DNA of 63,060 nucleotides, the filler included, from Bigelowiella natans CCMP2755 (Eukaryota; Protista; Cercozoa): NCBI GenBank assembly GCA_000320545.1. It is 8 parts of 8 records of this genome, joined end to end, with 100 filler letters (N's around TTAATTAATTAA, not from the genome) between each part and the next. Parts side by side here need not be neighbours in the genome. Positions count along the whole stretch, not along the records: positions 44,578 to 56,228 come from ADNK01002914.1; positions 56,329 to 58,033 come from ADNK01002946.1; positions 58,134 to 61,515 come from ADNK01002894.1; 5 more parts are not named here. One strand, written 5' to 3'. This document shows positions 50,917 through 60,995 of this stretch, in pieces. The notes beneath the pieces were generated by a model, which was not told the origin of the DNA, did no database searches, and saw nothing but the letters and a program-made list of their open reading frames with translations. The position numbers and the translations under genes were made by a program. Every line of letters begins with the position of its first letter. Positions within the stretch are counted from its first letter, which is position 1.

Positions 50917-52101
50917 ATGTCAGAATTTACACCTGTCACTATGAAGAGAAAGGAGAAGGGAAAGAGTAAGCGCACCAGGTGGAGAAAAAAGAGCGTTTCC
51001 AGAGGAGAATCGTCGCCAGAGGCTGAAAAGAAATCAACCGTAACTGGGAAGCGGGAAACTGGTTCCAAAGGAAAATCATTGCAAAAGGCTGAAAAGAAAT
51101 CAACCGCAATTGGGAAGAGAAAGGAGAAGGGAAAGAGTAAGCGCACCAGGTGGAGAAAAAAGAGCGTTTCCAGAGGAGAATCGTCGCCAGAGGCTGAAAA
51201 GAAATCAACCGTAACTGGGAAGCGGGAAACTGGTTCCAAAGGAAAATCATTGCAAAAGGCTGAAAAGAAGTCAACCGCAATTGGGAAGAGAAAGCGGCAG
51301 GGAAAGAAAAAGCGCACCAGCTGGAGGAAAAAGAGCGTCCCTTGGATGCGAGAGGCTTTTTGCAAAGAGATATTATCTCAACACTTCGCTGGAAAGGAAC
51401 CACAATCTATGTGTATATTTTCACTAGATTATGATAATTGCTCTTCAATCATTACATCTGGTTGGATTAAAAGAATTTTTAGAGTTTATTATCCTGGTGA
51501 CAAGGAATTCCATGAAAAAGTATCTCAGCCTATCAAACAGCTTGTTAAAAAACTAGATGAGACTTATGGTTGTGTAAATGTAGTATGTGGGTCAGCCCGC
51601 CAAAATGTTAAATCTGATGATTTCAACAGATCATCGAGTTCTAGATCCCATTCTAGGTATCATGATACGTACCCTGAATTGAAAATGAAAAAGGGTGAAG
51701 GTTCCGTTTTCTCCGATTTGGAAAATTTTGTTTCGATGCTTCAGGATGACGAAGACTACATTTCTAAATGGAAATTGTGGAAATTACTTTTTCCTGATGG
51801 TGAAAAGAAAGAAGGAAATTCCTGGAAAAATCCATCAGTTGGATTAATCGGATTGGATACATTGAAACAAAACTTGATTGAATTCCAAATAAAAAGAGCG
51901 GTTGTCAAGTATGGAACCAAATTTGATTTTGTTTTTGTTGATGACAGTAAGGACATATTGGAAGCTCTTAAAAAAATGTTGGATGATGAGCCAGAGTGGC
52001 TACCCTCTAGTGTTTCAGTGTATCTTTATAGATATGATTATTTCGGATTAGCTGAAGAAAAAGATGAAAAAGCTTTTGGTTTGCATGCTAAAATTAATTG
52101 A
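50917..52101 (+). CDS. Intronless Lys-rich-repeat + HAD-like phosphatase-fold protein
   Basis: Basic repeat N-terminus; IFSLDYDNC (motif I DxD), VCGSARQ (motif II), LKQNLI (motif III K), FVFVDD (motif IV). The 3' half is AT-rich. Confidence 0.65.
   Translation: MSEFTPVTMKRKEKGKSKRTRWRKKSVSRGESSPEAEKKSTVTGKRETGSKGKSLQKAEKKSTAIGKRKEKGKSKRTRWRKKSVSRGESSPEAEKKSTVTGKRETGSKGKSLQKAEKKSTAIGKRKRQGKKKRTSWRKKSVPWMREAFCKEILSQHFAGKEPQSMCIFSLDYDNCSSIITSGWIKRIFRVYYPGDKEFHEKVSQPIKQLVKKLDETYGCVNVVCGSARQNVKSDDFNRSSSSRSHSRYHDTYPELKMKKGEGSVFSDLENFVSMLQDDEDYISKWKLWKLLFPDGEKKEGNSWKNPSVGLIGLDTLKQNLIEFQIKRAVVKYGTKFDFVFVDDSKDILEALKKMLDDEPEWLPSSVSVYLYRYDYFGLAEEKDEKAFGLHAKIN
50944..51341 (+). repeat. 171-bp (57-aa) coding tandem repeat, 2.3 copies
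   Basis: Units start at 50944, 51115 and 51286; the first two are almost identical. Confidence 0.95.
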
Positions 52102-52371
52102 GAGCATCAAAGAGTCCTATACCTAGCCTACAGAGACTGTTGTCGTTCTTGTTGCAACAATCCCCGCGCGCGAGAGCCGATACTCGCTGCACTTGTGAAT
52201 TTAAAATGCCGTTACATGGTGTTGCCTAGCTGCAGACGACTGTGTGTGCCAGCTGATGGACGCGCTGGCAACAAGCGCACGCGACACATTGTGTAGCACA
52301 CGATGGAAATCGCAGAGTTCGAAATGAATTTGAGGTGGTCATGGAATGTGCAAGTGATTCATTCACTTCCC

Positions 52372-52629
52372 ACTTGTGTATATACACAAGTAATTATTGC
52401 ATCGCTTTTCGAGCTGACAAAAGCTTATATCGAGAAGGCGCTTGTTTAACTGACTTAAAATGTAAACAGTGTACCAAATGTGCATTATTTCGCAGGGCCA
52501 CTTATTTGCATGGCCTTTGCCAATCGATACACAATAGCCACGTTTTATATTTATTTAGCAATATGTATTATATACTAGAATTTTAGCTGCGTTCAGCGAC
52601 GTAATAATTACTTGTGTATATACACAAGT
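52372..52629. mobile_element. MITE, 258 bp, 34-bp TIRs, 5-bp TSD TTCCC
   Basis: Left TIR ACTTGTGTATATACACAAGTAATTATTGCATCGC and right TIR GCGACGTAATAATTACTTGTGTATATACACAAGT (2 mismatches). TTCCC at 52367-52371 and 52630-52634. Confidence 0.85.
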
Positions 52630-52894
52630 TTCCCACTAGCATTGCGACTCTCAATTGCCATGACGCGTCCCAATTTTGCACTGCTACTACTCTTGCAGCA
52701 CTCCCCGAAGTATGTGTTCGTCGAACACAATGCAATTGAGAGCTAGAAAATGCAATGAGGAGACGATGAGCAAAAACATTAGCGCAGAGCGCTCAGCGCT
52801 TTGAAAATCCTAAATTGACCAAATTTTGTCATGCACTGAAAGTGTTTGTACATCTAGACATGTGGATGCACACGTCGAGCGTGATCGAGTTGTA

Positions 52895-53712
52895 ATTCAA
52901 CATGAATCAATTTGTCACCATTCTGAGACGATCCACACTGAAGCAGCAGCATAGCCATGCATGCATGGCTCTGGAGAGCTAGATGAAATCAGGGCACACG
53001 TGTGGTGGCACAGCACCAACTCATGAGTGCACACATGTGCATCCATGCACGTGTGCAGAAATGAAAGACCATGTGCACACGAAGAAGGCACACGTGAAAA
53101 CCTTGCCAGCTTGGCACATGCCAGCATGTGGCTCACTGCCACAGTGATGCGCGATGACGACGAACCGAAAAGATGGCATGTGATGAGAAGGAAACATGAA
53201 CCACTAGACACAACTACCCGAAATGCTCGACATTCCAAACCGAAACAACACGCATTTGATTGCATGAAACACGTGTTGGCGGAAACTGGTGACAGATTCA
53301 ACATCAGTGCATGCGGACTGTGGCCACTGCATTGCATGCCAGCTGACAATGGCTGCGCAAGGACCACCATTGAACAAGTTCAATTGTTTGATCATTGCAT
53401 GCTTGTGCATCCGTCTTGCGTGTGTTGCAGTGTTCCAGTGTTGCACGCATGTGGACGCATGTCTCCATGACCCAGTGATGCACAGGGCTGGCTAGCTGGG
53501 AGGAAGACGCACAAGGCAAACCACAGACACGCAACTCCATCGAACACCTGGACCATCAAGTGTGCGTGTAGTCACGAGTGTTCAGCCGCCAGGCTGTCCA
53601 GGTGTGTTGTGATGGTGGCCAGCGCCGGACACGGACACCCCAAGTGTGACGTGTGTGTGTGAAGAAAGAAAGAAGAAAGAAAAAATTGCAGAATGGATGA
53701 AGCGAAAAGAAA
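52895..53712. repeat. TpA-depleted degenerate repeat tract
   Basis: Only six TA in ~820 bp: 3 CTAG, ATAG, GTAG, CTAC. Confidence 0.7.
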
Positions 53713-54111
53713 TAAATGTTTCCATTGCTAGATTGGAGCAGTGGAAAGGATTATGAAACACGCTGACTCATCCGTGTCCTTGTAGCGCGTACCACTACGC
53801 GGGCACAAGTCACGTGCGACAACAAAGGGGTTGTCGCGGATATAGAATATAGATAACGTAGATATTAATACAGCATAGGCACGTGGGTTCCGGCGGGACT
53901 CATGGCAGCACACCGGAAGTGTGCTGCCCCACGTGCGGCGGCATTCGCGAAAGCTTCGCGAATGATTACGCAGTGCACGATTTAATAAAAATATAATCTT
54001 TAATAAAAATAAACACAACTCTTCAAAAGGAAGCAAACGTGCCTTTCCCCCCCCCTGCCTACTTGTGCACGTAGCGCCTCGGCCTGTGAACACCTTACGC
54101 GCAACAACCTT

Positions 54112-54129
54112 TGGCTTCCACACACGGGA
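54112..54129 (+). promoter_or_regulatory. Putative primer-binding site
   Basis: TGGCTTCCACACACGGGA lies a few nt after CAACA and just upstream of the gag ATG. It has the TGG-start geometry of a tRNA 3'-end complement; the tRNA is not identified. Confidence 0.55.
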
Positions 54130-54145
54130 AACGATTTGACTAACA

Positions 54146-56221
54146 ATGTCACAGCAGCTAGAAGAACAGCAGGACTTTGGCTCGCAGGCCGTGCAAGGGC
54201 ACGAGCAGAAACAGGAAAGGAAGGGCGATACGGACGCTAAGGAAGGAGGAGGAACACCTCCACAGGCACCGCCGGGACCAGCACCCGGGATTAAGAAAGC
54301 AGATGCAGCAGCAGAGGCACTGGAGAACTTCTACGAGGCGGACGACGAGGACGTGGCCGCCGAAAGCAAGAAGGTCGTAATGGCATTACGAGCCTTGCGA
54401 CCCAGGGCGAGCAACTACGCCAAACTGAAAGTATCGATAGAATACAAGTATCAGACACATGATGTTTGGGCAGCTATCATGCAGGACATCATGGATTACG
54501 AAGCAGACTTACCTCCAGAGTGGGCAGCTTTGTTTAGGAACGACGGGGGTCTGGGCGCCTCGCGGGGGACGACCCAGAGCACCGTCAAGCAGCAGCAGCC
54601 GGTACAGCGGAACACCCAGTTCATGTCTGTTAAAACAGCACCGGTTATGATAACGAAATACAACGGGAAAAGAGGTGAGGCAAGGAGGTGGTGGAAGAAC
54701 GCTAGGAGTATACTCTGCGACTTTACCCCTAACCCCACCGAAAACGACAAGCTCAAATGGCTAGCTATAATAAAGCAAGCCATGGACCTTTACGAGACAG
54801 GCAGGACCCGGATCAGGCAGCTAGAGAAAATACACACTACAGTTAGTGGGCTACGAGACGTTGAGGCGATAATGAAGGCTTTTGTAAATGAACAGGATGC
54901 TAACTCCCTACCCCAGGCTATTAGAAAATACAGAGCAATGATGCAGCATGAGAGAGAACCTGTTAGAGACTTTGCCACGCGCTTCCAGGATATGATCGAC
55001 GAACTACATGATTTTAATTACAACACAGGTGATGATCAGGCAAGGTTTGAAGAGTTCAAGTTAAAGATAAAGGAATCCACTTACGTTACGGAGAAAGGCT
55101 ACACCACGATGGAGGCAGCAGTGCAGGCTATATCCCTACGCGAGCAGGAGCAGGACCGCAAGTTTACCAGCCCTAAGGTACCTGGCATAGGAAACATTAA
55201 CGCTATTAAGCCGCAGCGAGACTGGTACAAGGACAGGGAAGGTAACCGACGTTGCGGATACTGCTCACGTAAAGGGAAACACACCGCTAAAGACTGCAGA
55301 GACAGGAAAGAAGGACGACCCAGGATGACGATCAGGCAGCTCAACGAACACTACGAGAAGTTAAAGAGAAAGAAAGGCAGAGGACAAGGATATAACAACA
55401 GCAAATGGCAAGGCAGCAACAACGGGAAGAACAATAAATATAAGAACAAAAAGCAGAACAGTATCAATGCTATACAGCAGCAGATAAACGGAATATTAGA
55501 TCACCTTAAGCAGGCGCCGACGAAGACAGCAGTACCAGCAACGCAGGACCAAGACAAGCCCATGACCCTAGACGACATAAAGAACTTAGGAGTATGCAAC
55601 ATTAATGACGAAGACGCTAACAGGACTATCAAAGTTGCTATGACCAAGGTTAAAGTTAAAGACAGCTACGGAGACTACAAGAAACTACCTGCCCTTTGGG
55701 ATAGTGGCAGCATGCCGAAGTCCTTCATAAGCCTAAGCACAGTAAGAAGGTTAGGACTATTGGATCAAGTGACTAAGAAAGAACGTAAATATGCTCAAGC
55801 AGACGGAAGCTCTTCCATGAAGACCGTCGGTGAGCTAATGCTAAAGCTACAGATACCTGGCAGCGACGCGGAGACCCAAATCAAGACCCGAGTAGCCATG
55901 ACTTTATCCATGGAACTACTCCTCGGACAGGATGCCCTAGAAAAATTAGGGGGGATCATATCATTCTACAATCACAAGATATACTTTGCTAAGTTGCCAA
56001 AGAAGTCAGGCAGGACCATCAGCCAGAACATGATACGGCTTGACGAGTGGACCTCTGAGTCAAGCGTTAATGCGTTAGAGTTTATGGACCTAGCGGACAA
56101 CAAGCTACCTACACCTACCGAGCTACGGAAGAAGAACCCCGGCAAGACCATCCGACAGATAACGGAGCTACTGGACAAGACCCCCCCAATATACAGAAAA
56201 CCCAGCACGTATTTTCGATAG
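54146..56221 (+). CDS. gag: Gag-aspartic protease polyprotein
   Basis: Retrotrans_gag-like MQHEREPVRDFATRFQDM, Zn knuckle CGYCSRKGKHTAKDC, retropepsin ALWDSGS..FIS...ELLLGQDAL. Intronless, 691 aa. Confidence 0.9.
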   Translation: MSQQLEEQQDFGSQAVQGHEQKQERKGDTDAKEGGGTPPQAPPGPAPGIKKADAAAEALENFYEADDEDVAAESKKVVMALRALRPRASNYAKLKVSIEYKYQTHDVWAAIMQDIMDYEADLPPEWAALFRNDGGLGASRGTTQSTVKQQQPVQRNTQFMSVKTAPVMITKYNGKRGEARRWWKNARSILCDFTPNPTENDKLKWLAIIKQAMDLYETGRTRIRQLEKIHTTVSGLRDVEAIMKAFVNEQDANSLPQAIRKYRAMMQHEREPVRDFATRFQDMIDELHDFNYNTGDDQARFEEFKLKIKESTYVTEKGYTTMEAAVQAISLREQEQDRKFTSPKVPGIGNINAIKPQRDWYKDREGNRRCGYCSRKGKHTAKDCRDRKEGRPRMTIRQLNEHYEKLKRKKGRGQGYNNSKWQGSNNGKNNKYKNKKQNSINAIQQQINGILDHLKQAPTKTAVPATQDQDKPMTLDDIKNLGVCNINDEDANRTIKVAMTKVKVKDSYGDYKKLPALWDSGSMPKSFISLSTVRRLGLLDQVTKKERKYAQADGSSSMKTVGELMLKLQIPGSDAETQIKTRVAMTLSMELLLGQDALEKLGGIISFYNHKIYFAKLPKKSGRTISQNMIRLDEWTSESSVNALEFMDLADNKLPTPTELRKKNPGKTIRQITELLDKTPPIYRKPSTYFR

Positions 56222-56228
56222 GGGCGCA

Positions 56229-56328
56229 NNNNNNNNNNNNNNNNNNNNNNNNNNNNNNNNNNNNNNNNNNNNTTAATTAATTAANNNNNNNNNNNNNNNN
56301 NNNNNNNNNNNNNNNNNNNNNNNNNNNN
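56229..56328. other. Artificial contig linker
   Basis: N44-TTAATTAATTAA-N44. Confidence 0.99.
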
Positions 56329-56408
56329 GAAAGCGACCAGGTTTAGTATGTCCTCTATTTCCTTGCTGTAAAACCCTTTCCGCAGTAGTAGGTTGCCTAA
56401 CAAAGCCA
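56329..56408 (-). CDS. 5' end of a divergent ORF (MALLGNLLLRKGFYSKEIEDILNLVAF...)
   Basis: Open from the ATG to the contig edge; separated from the next ORF by a 60-bp almost pure A/T spacer. Confidence 0.35.
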
Positions 56409-56468
56409 TTTTATCTTTTATCATATTATATTCGTTTAGAATAAAATATTATATAAATTATTTTTAAT

Positions 56469-56876
56469 ATGTATAAAAACATCTGTAGTAACGAGGAGTA
56501 CATAGCAGGTCATAAGACCGAATTAGAGATGAAACCGCTGATAGAAAACCTCTTAAAAGTAAAATTGATAGCAAAGAGCAGGTATTCTAAGTTTGACTTT
56601 GAAGATACACTCAAAAAGATACTGGTAGAAGTAAAAGGAAGAAAAATAAGGAGCGATAAATACGATACCACCTACATCAATATTGAGAAGATACAGAATG
56701 TAGATACGAGCAAAACCATTTATTTCTTCTTCAAGTTCACTGATGGAGTCAAATATATCCAATACGATAAAGAAGTATTTGATACATTCAAAATAAAAAC
56801 CACTTATCTCAAACACAGAGGGTGTTATGTGAAGAATGTCTGTATCCCCACAGCAACCTTAGTAGGGGTGGGTTGA
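56469..56876 (+). CDS. PD-(D/E)xK restriction-like nuclease, virophage/PLV/DNA-virus type
   Basis: G..tE helix, SKFDF, LVEVKGR, YDTTYINIEK, YFFFKFTDG. Intronless and AT-rich. Confidence 0.7.
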   Translation: MYKNICSNEEYIAGHKTELEMKPLIENLLKVKLIAKSRYSKFDFEDTLKKILVEVKGRKIRSDKYDTTYINIEKIQNVDTSKTIYFFFKFTDGVKYIQYDKEVFDTFKIKTTYLKHRGCYVKNVCIPTATLVGVG

Positions 56877-56944
56877 AGGTGTTGAAATCGCAAAATGTTA
56901 GGAAACGAAAACCGAAGTTCGCACTTCACTGAATAAATATTTTA

Positions 56945-57064
56945 ATGAAGGCGGTTTTTTGGGATATTTAGTGAAACTCTTAGAAATGGAGGAATTTCGC
57001 GAAATATCGCACTTAACTATAAAATGGAGGCGGTTTTTAGGGATATTTAGTAAAATCTCCAGAA
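56945..57064. repeat. Imperfect ~42-bp direct repeat
   Basis: AATGAAGGCGGTTTTTTGGGATATTTAGTGAAACTCTTAGAAA vs AATGGAGGCGGTTTTTAGGGATATTTAGTAAAATCTCCAGAAA. Confidence 0.8.
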
Positions 57065-57268
57065 AAATCTCCCCAAATAGCGAGATTTCAAGCAGGATGT
57101 CCGCAATGGAAGATGCGAAGTCCCAAAGCCCTGAATTCGCTCTTCACAACAGGAAAAATCTAAACAGGTAGTTTTTGCCAATTAAACACAAATTGTGTTA
57201 AAAACTTGAAGAAATGGATATAATTTTAATAACTGAACACCCATCCTCGCAAAGATCATTTGATCCAG

Positions 57269-58033
57269 ATGACCAGCTCCTCACCATCCAGCCCTGCAGA
57301 GATCAAGGCAAAGATCGCAAAATGCAGAGGAGAACAGGAAAGAATTTTGGAAGATCTCCACACACAGGAGGGAAGGAAAGCGAAGGCAGCGGAGCAATAC
57401 AAGAAGCTGATGATGGGGGCTTTCAGTGCCACCGAGGAAGAAGTTGAAAAAAATCTGAAGCAGTTTCTCTCCTGTGCTCCATCGGAAATCAAAGCTAAGC
57501 CTGGTATTGCCTATGCTAAGGCACACCAACTGATCGATTCTCTGGAGGAAAAGAAGAAGGAACTGCAACTGGAAAGGGTCAGGCTAGAGGAAGCCTTGGG
57601 AATGGCTATAGCGGCCGCTGGTGGAATGACAGGAAACGAGGGGGAAGGTGACGAGGAGATAAGAACCAACAGTGGTGGGATGAGCTCGTTACAGGCGATG
57701 ATGGCGACCATTCTCATCAAGGTCAGCAAGGTAGAGGTGCGAGTTGAAGCGAATGAAGCGAGACTCAAAGCGAATGAAGCGAGATTTGTAAGAGAGTTTG
57801 AAGAAATAAAGAGAATGCTGAAAGAAGAGGCAGGAAAAAGAAAGAGGGAAGCAGAGCTGAAACAAAAATTATCTGAGATGAAGGGGTGGACGAAACTCCC
57901 TGATATGAATACTGAGAGGTATGCTTTGGGTGTGGCCGTTGGGAATGGCAAACTGTTTGCTGTTGGTGGGTATGGTGGTGGTTATCTCGCATCTGGGGAG
58001 TATCTGGACTTGAAGGATGTGGATGCGGGGTGG
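57269..58033 (+). CDS. Coiled-coil + Kelch-repeat protein (3'-truncated)
   Basis: Heptad-rich N-terminus then WTKLPDMNTERYALGVAVGNGKLFAVGGYGGGYLASGEYLD...W (Kelch). Intronless over 765 bp. Confidence 0.85.
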
Positions 58034-58133
58034 NNNNNNNNNNNNNNNNNNNNNNNNNNNNNNNNNNNNNNNNNNNNTTAATTAATTAANNNNNNNNNNN
58101 NNNNNNNNNNNNNNNNNNNNNNNNNNNNNNNNN
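58034..58133. other. Artificial contig linker
   Basis: N44-TTAATTAATTAA-N44. Confidence 0.99.
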
Positions 58134-58160
58134 TACACATATGTGTGTGTATATATATAT

Positions 58161-58194
<34 letters not shown>

Positions 58195-58250
58195 TGTACA
58201 CATATTTATAATTTTCTTTTACGTGGATACCATCATCATCATCATACCAG

Positions 58251-58860
58251 GCCATATTAGCCGTTCAGCGAGACCACGGAAACAGAGAGGTGTTCCCACC
58301 CAAACAACCCATTGAATTTCGGCACACACGCACGCGTATTTTTGTAACAACTAAAAACACCAAAAGCCATTGAATATACCTGCGAGACCCATTGATGATT
58401 ACGCGACGATGACGGATTCGTTGTTCTCCGGCCTCACCGCAGCTTATTTTCGCATGCAAACACAGGTCCGCGCAAACGCTCGGATGAAGTACCTAGTGCA
58501 CACTCTTGGAATTCACGGATTCCGAAGCCTGGTAGACACACGCGATGAGCGCGTGCTGCGCTGCATGCTGCGATGTACGAGTGACGCGAAGTTGCGTTTA
58601 CCGCGAGAGGATGAATCGAGGCCCTTGCGGGGAGAGGTCGTGTGATTTCTCTGGTGGTTTTGATGATTTGTTTTTTCGTGTTTTAGGTGGAAGAGTACTT
58701 TGGAGAGACGATCTCGCCCATCAAGCCGATGAAGGAATGGTAGTTTGTGTTCAGACCGTTGCCGTAGTAGCATTTCGTGCAGGGTTTTTTTATACTTCGC
58801 AGCGATTGCGACGAGGGTGATGATGACACATGATCAGCATTGAGCAGCAATGGATGCATC

Positions 58861-58902
<42 letters not shown>

Positions 58903-59134
58903 TGCAAACACGCATTGCAATAATATTAACATGGTATATATAATTGCGTGCGTGCGTGCGTGCGCGTGCGCGCGCGCGTGTGTGTGTGTGTGTGTGCATT
59001 AGTACAGATTGGCACTCAATTACATCTGAAACACACACGTTCTACAACAAAAATAGGAAATTCTCCGACTGGCTCGGATGGCACGACCAGGTAGCATTCT
59101 ATTCTGCCGCTAAAGATGACCGATAACAGACAGC

Positions 59135-59169
<35 letters not shown>

Positions 59170-59594
59170 GAGCGCGCGCGAGCACACCCGCAGCAGCATC
59201 ACCCGCCGCACCGCGCCAACCCAATCGATCCGCGCGTCTGTGCATCTCGCGCGAGCGTCCAACCCCATCCTTCCCAACCCAGGGCGACGGCAAGATGTTC
59301 AAGGGGTTCTGGGTATCCTCCGGACGTATTCGTGACCAAGTAAGAAAATCACGACGCCAGGAGCGTTTTGTAGAGAGCGTTCTCCACGCAGTTATCGCTT
59401 CGGCTCACGCAGTTTGTCCTTCGCTAGAGGGACATATGCATATCCGAAATGCGTTGCGCGGCGTCGCAGTTCCTTAGTAACCCGCTCTCTCCGTGCGCTG
59501 TTTCGTTAGGATGGAGTTAATGTCAAAACGGCCCTGCGAACACTCGTCGATGAGATTGAATGCGACGTAAGTATAAATAATATACTAGTGTGTA

Positions 59595-59631
<37 letters not shown>

Positions 59632-59731
59632 TATTTATTCATATGACTATCACGAATAATAAATGGCTATCTATATTCCATAATATGCATATAAATATAT
59701 TAATTGATATGATATTATATAATGTATTTAC

Positions 59732-59770
<39 letters not shown>

Positions 59771-60102
59771 GAGGAATTTATATCGAGATGTAGTGAACGA
59801 ATTCCTTTATCTCATTTCAAAAATCATGAAAATCCATGCTGTGTGTTCGCCGTCGCTAGCTTACTACCTCTCTCGAATGCTTTAGTTCAGTCTTTTCATC
59901 ATGCTATCTGGTGGTAGATGACACGTGATCGGTATACGTGTAATTGTAGGTGATATTGACTCCCAATCAAAACATCGTCGTGAGCAATATAGCCCCGGAG
60001 AACAAAGGCAGAGTCGACGAAATCTTAGGTAAATACGCGCAGAGGCGTGTGTCGTATTCACCGCAAAGATGTGCATTCAGGGGACAACATCACACACTCA
60101 CT

Positions 60103-60146
<44 letters not shown>

Positions 60147-60220
60147 ATTTCTATAAAATTATATAATATATTGATTGAGCGTTTTCGTGGATATTATTGA
60201 TATGATAATAATATGCACAA

Positions 60221-60258
<38 letters not shown>

Positions 60259-60825
60259 GTTCAATTCGTCAATTGCCAACGTCGCACTGAGCCGTAAATT
60301 CTCAAACCGCGAAGAAGTTAGTATCGAGAGCTAACGAGCGATTTTGTCGGTTCCATCTATTTTCCTCCCTCCCCTCAGCTGAGAACGGCATTGAAGCCAA
60401 CGAGAAGGCACTTACCCCCCTCCATGAGGTCATTCCGCGGCACCGACACTCGAGCGAATATGCTTATTGCAAAATCGAATACGCTGTCTCTGCGCGTGTG
60501 TGTGTGTGTGTGTGTGCGTGTGTAATTTCCTTTTTCCCTGATCGTGTTTATCTGAATCAGTAATTTTGTGCGTGCTTGCATTCTGTCGTGTTTTCGAGTA
60601 GGGTGCCATTGCGTGTGCAGCTCTTCCGCTGTGTGGACTTGCAATCACAGAGGTGACTGTGTGTTTTTGGGTTGCGCACGCATATGTGGGATGTGTGTGT
60701 GTTTGTGTGTGTGTGTGTGGGTGTGTGTGTGTGTAGCATCAACAAATACGTTGATTTTGGAATAATATCGACGCTTGTCACACACACACACGCAAACACA
60801 CATAAACATACATTAATTTATATAT

Positions 60826-60860
<35 letters not shown>

Positions 60861-60995
60861 AGTATATTGTATATATGTGATATATGAATTTATAACAAAT
60901 GAAAAACTGTCATGCGACATTGCAACCTTAGGCGGAGCGTGTTCTTCCTGAATACATCGATAGAGTGCACAAGCTCATGGATACGATGGGGCTGG
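58251..60995 (+). CDS. sir: Ferredoxin-sulfite reductase, internal fragment
   Basis: AILAVQRDHGNRE|VRANARMKYLVHTLGIHGFRSL|VEEYFG..EW|KFSDWLGWHDQ|GDGKMF..SGRIRD|..ILTPNQNIVV..|GAIACAALPLCGLAITE|AERVLP, including two of the 4Fe-4S cysteines. Confidence 0.92.

Larger units (their letters stand above)
53605..56228 (+). mobile_element. Ty3/gypsy-type LTR retrotransposon, 5' portion
   Basis: Putative LTR TGTTG...CAACA (about 53605-54106; start uncertain), PBS-like sequence, then gag-protease ORF. Truncated by the contig end. Confidence 0.75.
330..60860. repeat. Very abundant microsatellites, mostly intronic: (TA)n, (CA/TG)n, (GA)n, (CAT)n, (TAG)n, (GGA)n, poly-G/C
   Basis: Directly visible, e.g. 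10516-10575, 11689-11760, 32709-32770, 49594-49656. Confidence 0.95.
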
